Below the pieces are notes generated by a model. That model was not told the origin of the DNA and ran no database searches. It worked only from the letters and a program-made list of their open reading frames with translations. Of a stretch of DNA of 64,000 bases, positions 1 through 10,093 are shown one piece after another. The position numbers were made by a program, and so were the translations under genes. Each line of letters starts with the position of its first letter. Within the stretch, counting starts at the first letter, position 1. Location: assembly GCF_009914755.1 (NCBI RefSeq), contig NC_060935.1, one strand, 5' to 3'. Origin of the DNA: the human T2T-CHM13v2.0 reference genome, Homo sapiens.

Positions 1-170
1 CTACCATTCATTGTCACAGCAGCCCTGTGCAATGAGTACTGCCATCCTCTCCATTCTGCAGAAGGAGAACTAAGGCATGGAGTTTAAGCAACTTCCCCAA
101 GATCACAGTGTCAGGAAATGATGGATCCAGGACTTAGATCCAGGTCTTCTGATTTCAAATCTTGTGATAA
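1..170 (-). mobile_element. MIR SINE remnant
   Basis: MIR-like core: aactaaggc...aagcaacttccccaagatcacag. Confidence 0.55.
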
Positions 171-207
171 TAATAATTACCAGTTGTTGAGTGTATGCTT
201 TTTCCAG

Positions 208-616
208 GCTATTATGGACTGACTCATGTCCCCGCCCCCAAACACACACACACAAATTCATATGTTAAAGCCCCAACCCTCAATGTGACTGTATTTGGAG
301 ACAGGGCCTTTAAGAAGGTGATTAAGGTTAAATGAGGTCACGAGGGTGACGCCCTGATCCAATAGAGCCAGTGTCCTTATAAGAAGAGGAAGAGACACCA
401 GAGAGCTCCCTCTCTCCTCAAGAGCAGAGGAAAGGCCCGGGGAGTACACAGGCAGAAGACAGCCATCTACAATCCAGGAAAAGAGCTCTCTCCTGAAACC
501 GAATTCCACAGCACCTTGATCTTGGACTTCTAGCCACCAGAACGGTGAGAAAATAAATGTGGTTTAAACCACCCGGTCTGTGGTACTTAGTCATGGCAAA
601 CCAAACAGACTACTAC
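208..616 (+). mobile_element. MLT1-family MaLR LTR
   Basis: tatggactga...aaattcatatgttaaagcc...gtgactgtatttggagacagggcctttaag...gactactaca. Confidence 0.8.
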
Positions 617-1254
617 ACAAGTTCTGTGCTGATATCTTTTCTTAGATTAGTTTGTTTTATCCTTAAAAAATTTGTGCAGTAAATATTTATATTTCCATTT
701 TATGGAGAAGGAAACAGAAGCAACAAGAAGTAATGTGCCCAAAGTCACACAGTCAAAGACAGACTCCAACCTTATTCTAATGAGGTTATTCTAAGCCCCA
801 GCCTCTGGACAGCATTGTACCTTCTGATCCCCAACTCTTACCTGGAGGGGAGGGGACAATCAGGAGAGGGAGAGTGGGGATGAGGTGGGCTGATGTTCCC
901 AGGTCCCTAGGTGGCCCTGCTGGTCACACACTGGCTCCCACACACACACACCTGATCCCTCCTCCCCCATGTCCCTGGCTCACTCTGCCCCAAATGGCAA
1001 GTTTCCATCCCTCCTGCCAGCCTGGTCTCCGGACCTTGCCCCAGCTAGAGATCAGGACAGTCCTCAGGCAGTGCTGAAAGCCCCAAATCAGAGATCACTG
1101 CAAGGTGACACCTTGTCACTGCCCTCACACTAGAGGAGGGAAACACATATGGTTGGCAGTGAACAGATGGCCCTTCAGTGTCGGTTCTCTTGCCCTCAGC
1201 TGTGACAGGTCCCTGCTGGGGAGGGAGGCCCGTAGCCTTAGGGGTGCAGCCCAC

Positions 1255-1377
1255 CTGTTTTGGGAAGTGCAGGGAGCAGAGCTTCCTCAGCGCTGGCCTC
1301 TGAGCAGCTCAAAGTTATCTCCTCATCCTGCAAGGTCCCGGAAATGGGCTGAGAGGCAGCAGGACACAGATACAGCA
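1255..1377 (-). CDS. TMPRSS5: TMPRSS5 exon 4, stem region
   Basis: ctctaaag|TG CTG TAT...; (V)LYLCPAASQPISGTLQDEEITLSCSEASAEEALLPALPKT; donor G|gtgggc; 123 nt. Confidence 0.95.
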
Positions 1378-1504
1378 CTTTAGAGAAGAACAAAGAGAAA
1401 GGGTCTGATTTCCAAAGGAAGGTGTCAAGGTGCTGACCTCCTCATCAGCCACCTTGCTCTCAGGCAGCTCCCCAACCAACCTGCTGAGGAGGGGCATAGC
1501 GCTC

Positions 1505-1551
1505 CATCTCTCTCGGCCTCAGCCTCTATCTCTGCCTCTTTGACTCTCCTT

Positions 1552-1645
<94 letters not shown>

Positions 1646-1705
1646 TCTAGCTGTCTCTCAGTATGTCTCTGTCTCTGTCTGTGTGTGTTCTCTCTGTGTC
1701 TCTCT
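1505..1705. repeat. (TC)n / (TCTG)n microsatellite in TMPRSS5 intron 3
   Basis: About 200 bp almost pure pyrimidine tract. Confidence 0.95.
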
Positions 1706-1934
1706 CACTGGGAAAGATTTCCAGAAAAAGTCTGACTACGGCCTCCTTGGATCATACACTTTGTTCTTCTTTATGTAGAGCCTAGATCCCTCCTGCTGCA
1801 ATTTCACCCTTTCTCCCCTTGTCTGCACAGAGTAGTTGAGGAAGACAGTTGTCCCATTTACCTTTAACACCTGCTCAGCACCTGCTTCTCCCTTCCAACC
1901 TCCCCCACACCAGAGAAAGGCCCCCAGCACTGAC

Positions 1935-2033
1935 CTAGGAGCCATGAGCCAACACCTGCACCGGCCAGCAGCCCCAGGGCTCCCAGCACTGCACAGCCAC
2001 GTCGCATGGAACGCCAGCACACCGCCTGAGAAA
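1935..2033 (-). CDS. TMPRSS5: TMPRSS5 exon 3, transmembrane anchor
   Basis: cccacag|TT TCT CAG...; (I)SQAVCWRSMRRGCAVLGALGLLAGAGVGSWLL; donor G|gtcagt; 99 nt, phase 1-1. Confidence 0.95.
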   Translation of the reverse strand, partial: FLRRCAGVPCDVAVQCWEPWGCWPVQVLAHGS

Positions 2034-2301
2034 CTGTGGGAAAGGGCAGAGGGGTATCTGGGTCCCCTGCTCCTGCCAGCCTGCCTTACTTCACCCTAAG
2101 TCACCACCATGGGGCTAGGCACCCACAGAGCTCCAACAGGACACCTCCTCCTGCCCCATCAGCCCAGATTAGGGAGGGAGTGGGGGCAGGGGAGGATGGA
2201 GAGGGCCTGATCACTGAAGCCCACAAATCCCACTCAATCCCTAAAGTGGGAAATGGGGAGCAGAAGCAGGTCTGGGGATAAAGAGTGAGACAGCCTCTCA
2301 C

Positions 2302-2380
2302 CATCAATCATGTGGGGCTGACCCCAAGGAGGATCCGGGGAATGTAGGATGATTGCCCTCCACTGTCCCCACCCTGTCAT
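2302..2380 (-). CDS. TMPRSS5: Alternative TMPRSS5 N-terminal coding segment (MTGWGQWRAIILHSPDPPWGQPHMID) using a downstream donor
   Basis: ATG at 2380, open for 79 nt to a G|gtgaga donor in phase with exon 3; matches my recollection of an annotated isoform. Confidence 0.6.
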
Positions 2381-2405
2381 TCCCCTATGGCCCAGTCTGG
2401 CCTAC

Positions 2406-2508
2406 TGGGATGCTGCTGGTCTCCAGGCTCTGCTCTGAAGATCCCAGGTCCTGGGCCCTCCTCTGCATACTGGGCCTCCATAGGGGGTTGGTCATCCAGC
2501 ATCAGGCT
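2406..2508 (-). CDS. TMPRSS5: TMPRSS5 (spinesin) exon 2, cytoplasmic N-terminus
   Basis: ttccccag|AGC CTG ATG...; translates SLMLDDQPPMEAQYAEEGPGPGIFRAEPGDQQHP; donor A|gtaggc; 103 nt. Confidence 0.95.
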
Positions 2509-3123
2509 CTGGGGAAATAAGGGCCAGACACCCAGGATCCCCACATCAAGGACTGCTGAGAGAAGTCACAGCCCAGTCCAAGTCCCCATTCTTTAACCCC
2601 AGCCATGATTCCATTGCCACTTGTAAACCTCTACTCATCTTGGAGACTCCCTGTATATTCCCACAAATACCTTGCCAGGCTCCCCTGTGCCCTCCTGGGG
2701 CCCCTAACCCCAATGACCTTACTCTCACATGGCCAGTAGCAAACACTTGAATGCAGATTTGGCCCACTCCAAAGCCTGCACTCCTAGCCACTCCTTCATC
2801 TTCCATAAACATTGAAGGCATCTACTAAAGTCCCTCAACACACTCCTTCAGCTTCAAGATCCCACCCTTCTTCATTCCCTCCTATCTCAGAGGAAGAAGT
2901 GCCCCTCCACCATGCACCCACCCATCCACCCATTCATTCATTCCATAGATATTTGGTCCAAGTGCACAGGTCACTATAGGGGACACTATAGGGAGTTCAG
3001 AATAAACCAACGTGGACCACTCCCCACTCTGACTGTGTCAAAGAACCTGTAGTCTGGTCCTGAAGATAAGTCATGTAAAGCACTATATGTTAAGTGACAG
3101 AAGGAAAGTTCAGCTAAACTACC

Positions 3124-6100
3124 TGATATGGTTTAGCTGTGTCCCCACCCAAAATCTCATCTTGAATTGTAATCCAAATTGTAATCCCCATATGTTCGGG
3201 TAGGGACCTTGTGGGAGGTGATTAAATCATGGGGCTGGTTCCCAAATGTTGTTCTCATGATAGTGAGTGAGTTCTCACAAGATCTGATGGTTTTATATGG
3301 GGCTTTTTCCCTCTCCACTCTGCACTTCTCTCTCCTGCCACCAGTTGAAGAAGGACATGTTTGCTTCCCCTTCTGCCATGATTGTAAGTTTCCTGAGGCC
3401 TCCCAGCCATGAGGAACTGTGAGTCAATTAAACCTCTTTGCTTTATAAATTACTCAGTCTCCAGTAATTCTTTATAGCAGTGTGAGAACAAACTAATACA
3501 GTAAATTGGTGCTGCTGTAAAGATACCTAAATATGTGGAAGTGACTTTGGAATTGGGTAACAGGTAGAGGTTGGAATAGTTTGGAGGGTTCAGAAGAAGA
3601 CAGGAAGATGTGGGAAAGTTTAGAACTTCCTAGAGACTTGTTAAATGGTTTTGACCAAAATACTGATAGTGATATGGACAATGAAGTCCAGGCTGAGGTG
3701 GTCTCAGATGGAGATGAGGAACGTCTTGGAAACTGAAGGAAAGGTGACTCTTGCTATGCTTTAGCAAAAAAGTAGAAGCATTTTGCCCCTGCCCTAGAGA
3801 TCTGTGGAACTTTGGTGGTTTTTTTTTGGCGGGGGGGGGTGTTTTGTTCAACTTTATTGAGGCATAATGCACACTCAAAATATTACATACATTTTAAGTT
3901 CTCAGATCAAAACTTTGACAAATGTGTACACCCACATGACCAACACAGTCAAAATATAGGACATGAAGGTCACCCCAGAAATTTTCCTTCTGCCTTTTTG
4001 CAGTTAACTCCTCCCCAACTCACAGCCCTGGAAAATCACTGATCTGTTTCTCTCACTGTATATTAGAGTTCCCTTTTTTATAGTTTCATATAAATGAAAC
4101 CATGTGACATATAGTCTTTCTTTTTTTTTAATTTTTTTATTTTACTTTAACTTCCAGGATACATGCACAGAACTTGCAGGTTTGTTACATAGGTATACAT
4201 GTGCCGTGGTGGTTTGCTGCACCCATCAACCCGTCATCTAGGTTTTAAGCCCTGTATGCATTCGGTATTTGTCCTAATGCTCTCCCTCCCCTTGTCCCCC
4301 ACCCCCAGTCAGGCCCCGGGGTGTGTTGTTCCCCTCCCCATGTCCATGTATTCTCACTGTTCAACTCCCATTATGAGTGAGAACATGTGGTGTCTGCTGA
4401 GAATAATGGCTTCCAGCTTCATCCATGTCCCTGCAGAGGACATTATCTCATTCTTTTTATGGCTGCATAGTATTCCATGGTGTATATGTGCCACATTTTC
4501 TTTATCCAGTCTATCATTGATGGGCATTTGAGTTGGTTCCAAGTCTTTGCTATTGTAAATAATGCTGCAATAAACATATGTGTGCATGTGTCTTTACAGT
4601 AAGATGATTTATAATCCTTTCAGTATATACACAGTAATGGGATTGCTGGGTCAAATGGTATTTCTGGTTCTAGATCACACTGTCATGAGATCTGTGGCTC
4701 TTTGGACTTGAGAGAGATGATTTAGGGTATCTGGCAGAAGAAATTTCTAAGCAGCAAAGTGTTCAAGAGGAAAGAGAGCATAAAAGGTTGGAAAATTTGT
4801 AGCCTGATGATGTGATAGAAAAGAAAACCCATTTTCTGAGGAGAAATTCCAGCCTGCTGCAGAAATTTGCATAAGTAATGAAGAGCTAAATGTTAATCAC
4901 CAAGACAATGGGGAAAATATCTCCAGGGCATGTCAGAGACCCGCAGAGCAGTCCCTTCCATTACCAGACCAGAGGCCCAGGAGAGAAAAATGGTTTTGTG
5001 GGCCAGGCCAGGACCCCCTGTTCTGTGCAGCCTGAGACATGGTACTGTGTGTCCCAGCTGCATCAGCTCCAGCCATGGCTAAAAGGGGACAAGGTACAGC
5101 TCAGATCATTGCTTCAGAGGGTGCAAGCCCAAGCCTTGGCAGCCTCCTTGTGGTGTTGAGCCTGCGGGTGCACAGAAGTCAATAACTGAGGTTTGAAAAC
5201 CTGCACCTAGATTTCAGAGGATGTATGGAAACACCTGGATGCCCTTGCAGATGTTTGCTACAGGGATGGAGCCCTCATGGAGATCCTCTGATAGGGCAGT
5301 ATGGAAGGGAAATGTAGGGTTGGAGCCCCCACACAGAGTTCCCACTGGGGCACTGCCTAGTGGAGCTGTGAAAAGAAGGCCACCATCCTCCAGACCCCAG
5401 AATGGTAGATCCACCAACAGCTTGCACTGTGAGCCTGGAAAAGCTGCAGCCCATGAAAACAGCCAGAAGTGGGGCTGTGCCCTGCAAAGCCACAAGGGCA
5501 GAGCTGCCCAAGGCCATGGAAGCCCACCTCTTGCATCAGCGTGACCTGGATATAAGGCATGTAGTCAAAGGAGATCATTTTGGAACTTTAAGGTTTAACG
5601 ACTGCCCTATTGGATTTCAGACTTGCATGGGGACTGTAACCTCTTTATTTTGACCAATTTCTCCCATTTGGAATAGGTGTATTTACCCAATGCCTGTATC
5701 CCATTGTATCTAGGAAGTAACTAACTTGCTTTTGATTTTACAGGCTCATAGGCAGAAGAGACTTGCCTTGTCTCAAATGAGACTTTGGACTTGGACTTTT
5801 GGGTTAATGCTGGAACGAGTTAAGACTTTGGGGGACTGTTGGAAAGGCATGATTGTGTTTTGAAATGAGGACATGAGATTTGGAAGGGACCAGGATAGAA
5901 TGATATGATTTGGCTCTCCCCTCACCCACAATCTCATTTTGATTTGTAATTTTGAATTGTAATTACCATGCACTGGGGGAGGGACCTCATAGTAGGTGAT
6001 TGGATCATGGGGGCAGTTCCCCTATGCTATTCTTATGATAGTGAGTGAGTTCTCACAAGATCTGATGGTTTTATAAGGGGATTTCCCCCTTTACTCTGCA

Positions 6101-6277
6101 CTTCTTTCTCCTGCCAGCATGTGAAGAAGAGTGTGTTTGCTTCCCCTTCCACCATGATCATAAGTTTCCTGAGGCTTCCCCAGCCATGCAGAACTATGAG
6201 TCAATTAAATCTCTTTCCTTTATAAATTACCCAGTCTCAGGCAGTTCTTCATAGCAGTGTGAGAACAGACTAATACA
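3124..6277 (+). mobile_element. Full-length THE1 (THE1C/D-like) MaLR provirus: 5'LTR 3124-3500, internal region, 3'LTR 5901-6277
   Basis: Both LTRs run tgatatg...taataca; the internal region starts gtaaattggt; 5-bp TSD CTACC at 3119-3123 and 6278-6282. Confidence 0.92.
3816..4686 (-). mobile_element. 5'-truncated L1PA 3' end (about 4121-4676) plus older L1M-type 3' end sequence (about 3845-4120), inserted in THE1-int
   Basis: L1 3'UTR and ORF2 C-terminus (ORF 4354-4587); duplicated flank gagatctgtgg(aa/ct)ctttgg at 3797-3815 and 4687-4705. Confidence 0.85.
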
Positions 6278-8549
6278 CTACCATCATCATTCAAAAGAAT
6301 AAGGGCTTACTTCTCATTGAGGTGATCACAGAAGGCTTCCTAGAAAAAGCAGCCTCTGAGACAGGCCCACAGGGATGAAGAGGGTTTGAGCTGATATAAT
6401 GGGCATTGGGCAGTCCAGACAAAGAGGATTGAATCAGCAAAGGCAAAGGGATAAGAAAGCATAGAGCAGAGTATGTCATATGTGTGTCTGCAGCTCATGA
6501 GCCATGAAGAGGAGTAATGAAAATAAGATCTTAAAAAAAACACCAGACAGTTCAAAGCTAAGTCTGCAACCTACTATGTGAACTTGGACAACTCAGGCCA
6601 TCTCTTCAAATTTCAATTTTCTCATTTGTAAAATAAGAGTAATAACTCCTGCTTTCCAAGGAATAATCTCCCTCCTCGAGTATCTTGTCTCTCTCTGTTA
6701 TTCTCCATGCCATAAAGTCAGAGTAATCTTTCTAAAATGCAAATATGAGCATGTGAGCCCCATCTCTACCCCATGAGTCTTTGTGGCCTTCAGGATCAAA
6801 CAGGAGCTCCATGGCATCGCTCACAAAGTCCTCCATGATCTCGCCTGGCCTCACCTCTCCATCCTCACTGCCAGCACTTGCTCCCTCCACAGCAAAATTT
6901 GGGATCACACTGACATACGTGCCATACTTCAGTGCCTTCAGGCACTCTCACAACAGAGAGACTTTGCATCTGCTCTCCCCTTTCCCATGTAACTGACTCC
7001 AACTGACCCTTCGAGACTCAGCACAGACATCACTTCTCCAGGAAGCTTCCTTCTATGCATACAGCACCTGTTGGGCCCTATATTGTGCTCATTTACTTCC
7101 TTCTCTCTCCTTTCTCACTGGTTTTTGCATCCCAGGGCTAAGCACAGAGCCTGGCACAAAGTGGGAATTCAGTTAAAGTACATTAAAGGAGGGAAGGAAA
7201 GAAGGGAGGGGGGAGGGAGAGACAGAGGGGGAGGTACAAATAAGATAATGTGAATTAAAATGACTTTAAAAATTGTAAAGCCCAATACAAATGTTAAGTA
7301 TAATAATATTAATAAGAACTACACCTAAGCTGTGGATCCTTCCCCCCAGAATTTATAATCCAGTAGGGTAGATAAGATCTCTCAAAACTGAAGCAACTCC
7401 CGTTTCCCCTGCAGACTACTGTCTCCCCTGCATCTTTCCCTGTCAACACATAGGGTTGTACCCAATGAGGATAAAAGCCTGAAATGCTGACTCCAGGACA
7501 GTATTGGCTTAAATGTGATTTTCATGTGTCACATGAAATGTTCTTTTCACGCCAAAACCTCCCCAGTCATGCCTTCGTACTCCACTGAACTGTCTTCCTA
7601 ACCCTCCAGCAGGAGGAAGGAAAGACTTTGTCAGACTCACCTAGGTCAGTCACCTCCAAATTGCCCCGAAAATCATTCCACTGGACCCAGAGCACCCATG
7701 CCAGTTCAGCTCACAGACAGCGCAGCAGCCCCAACATCTTGCCTATAGAAAGAGGTACCAGCCCCACCTCCCTATTCCCTACACCAGCCACAGCCCAGGA
7801 CCTATAGGACTGGACCTCCCAAGAGCTGCAGGCCTTGCTTTTCCAGGAGAAACAGAGGTCATGGTTTGTATCAAACCACACACATTCTTTCTTGTGCCTA
7901 CAGATGAGACTCACAGGACACAGGCAGTGAGGCTGCAGGACAGCAGGCTTGGGAGAGCCAGTCAAGCACCCATAAGATAGTAGAGAAGCAGCAACAGAAG
8001 GTGAGGTTTGGATTTCTTCTCTGGGGTTGTGTGATTGCTCTTGAGCTGATGTCCCTCTGAGTGGAGAGGCAGGCCTGATCTAGAGAGAATTCCAGGGCAT
8101 GGCCAGTCTTTTCTTCTGCCTCAGTACCAAGGAAGCTTGGCTTTAAACCCAGCCTCTGAATAAACTGGCCTCACCTCATGTACTGCTCCACCTCAAAATT
8201 CAACTGCCCAAGCTCATGTGCTAGCCTAGAAAAAAAAATGGCCTTTAAAATTACAGGACTCCTTGCTCCTCCTTTTGAGTGGAAGTTCAACGTAATAACG
8301 ATTTGTTGAGCACCACATATGTGCAAAGCACTTGATAGATCTAAGAGGGATGAAAGAGGATAATAAAGGGCAGTCCCTGGGGAGGAAACAGGAAATTGGC
8401 CACACAGGGCCCCTGCTAGGATCCAGCCCCTGTACCAGAGCTGCCTCAGGAGGCTCTTTCCACCAGCCTAGAATCCCAAGGGCAGAGGAGGGAGAGAGAA
8501 AGAAAGAGAGAGAGGCCACAGCAGGGATGGCACAGAGGCGTAACCTTAC

Positions 8550-8700
8550 CATAGGGGTCAGTGGCACTGTTGTAAAGCCTCAGGGTCTACTAGGCAATGT
8601 TCCGCTCCTGTTCTCAGGCCAGCATTGATTAAAGCTAGCCCAGCAAGCTTGGTTGGAAGATGAGGTCTCCCTGGTTCGCACATGGCCCCTCCCTGTATCC
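8550..8700 (-). CDS. TMPRSS5: TMPRSS5 exon 1 (5'UTR plus only the ATG at 8552-8550); upstream boundary approximate
   Basis: Minus strand reads ...gccactgacccctATG|gtaagg, a strong donor; the ATG splices in frame to exon 2 to give MSLMLDDQ. Confidence 0.85.
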
Positions 8701-8892
8701 CTACTCCAACACTCACACAGACACGCGCCACAGAGACAATGAACTCTGCTGAGGACCCATGAATAGGCCCCTTGTTGCAGGAAAGGGGGACAAGGGCTGG
8801 GCTGGGCTAGGCAACCCCAGCCCCTCCCATCTGCTAACTGGAAACTCAGAAACAGAGGAAAAGGTTATGGGGAGGAGGGGAGGCCAACTACT

Positions 8893-8905
8893 GTTGCTTA
8901 GCAAC
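8893..8905. promoter_or_regulatory. Candidate RFX X-box in the TMPRSS5 proximal promoter
   Basis: Palindromic GTTGCT-T-AGCAAC about 200 bp upstream of exon 1. Confidence 0.45.
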
Positions 8906-9389
8906 AAGGTCCCTTGTGCCAAAAAGTGTGCCCCATGCATGCATGCTGGCAGAATTCTCCCTTCCTGCTGACAGAGCTGTATTGGAGAGACCGATATTAG
9001 CATTTGTTGAAATGTTTCTGAGCCCTCTGGATTTTATCTCGCCTCCATGTGGGTTGGCTTTTCTAGCAGTCTGGGGCTGTCACCATGTTGGAATTGTTGG
9101 GGTGATGATGGAAGATCTTTGTCACCTCTTGCCCGAGGGCCACATCTGTCTCCCCAATGCCAGGGAAGTGGGGCCTCTACCCCTGTCTGCCCTGGGAGCC
9201 AGTTGCAGCAGGAGCCCTCAGTGCTATCTTGTTTCAAAGCACAAGGTGACCCAAGTGAGCCCACACGGGGCTAAACACACCTGGGAGCAGGCACATCTCT
9301 TTAGACAAGGAGGCAGAATAGGTCCTGGGGAAGGCAAACACAGGTGGGGCTTCCTTTCCTCCAACTGGCTGCTCAAAAACCCCTCAGAA

Positions 9390-9590
9390 GGGACAGTTAA
9401 GAATATAGGCTTTAGAGTCAGGCCTTCATCCAACCTCAGTTCTCCCACTTCCCTTACTCAGCCTCACCTGTAAAATGAGGATAATAGTACATGCCTCATA
9501 GGGTTGATGTCAGAATTCATTGAGATATTGCCTATAAAGCCCATAGCCTGGTGTCTAGCACAGACTGTATTCAGCAAACAGTAGCTGCTA
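9390..9590 (+). mobile_element. MIR SINE
   Basis: ggctttagagtcagg...cacctgtaaaatgaggataatagtac...cctcatagggttg. Confidence 0.7.
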
Positions 9591-9625
9591 TTATTATTGT
9601 TGTTGTTGTTGTTGTTGTTGTTGCT
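9589..9625. repeat. (TTA)/(TTG)n trinucleotide repeat
   Basis: attattattgttgttgttg... Confidence 0.9.
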
Positions 9626-9677
9626 GAATGTCACCCACACAGGATTTAACTTTTTGCTCCCTATTTTCCTCATACAC

Positions 9678-10093
9678 TGTATTAGTCAATTCTTGCACTG
9701 CTATAAATAAATACCTAAGACTGGACAATTTCAAGAGAAAAGAAGTTCTCACTGTTCCACAGGCTGTACAGGAAGCACAGTGACTTCTGCTTCTGGGGAG
9801 GCCTCAGGAAGCTTCCAATCATGGTGAAAGAAAAAGGGGGAGCAAGGCCTCTAACATGGCAGGAGCAAGAGCAAGAGAGAGAAGGGGGAGGTGCCACACA
9901 CTTTTAAACAACCAGATCTCATGAGAACTCTATCACGAGAATAGCACCAAGTGGATGATGAATCATGAAGGTTTCTTGATCATGAAGGATCCACTCCCAT
10001 GATCAAATCACCTCCCATCAGAGTCCACTTTTAACATTGAGGATTATAATTTGACATGAGATTTGGGTTGGGACACAGATCCAAACCATATCA
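9678..10093 (-). mobile_element. MST-family MaLR solo LTR
   Basis: tgtattagtc...ccaaaccatatca; TSD TACAC at 9673-9677 and 10094-10098. Confidence 0.9.

Noticed and set aside
8916-9473. 185-aa plus-strand ORF divergent from the TMPRSS5 promoter
   Set aside because: GTG start, no recognisable domain, ends in a MIR; no support from sequence alone
9464-9673. ORF with a poly-Asn run
   Set aside because: Translation of a (TTG)n microsatellite
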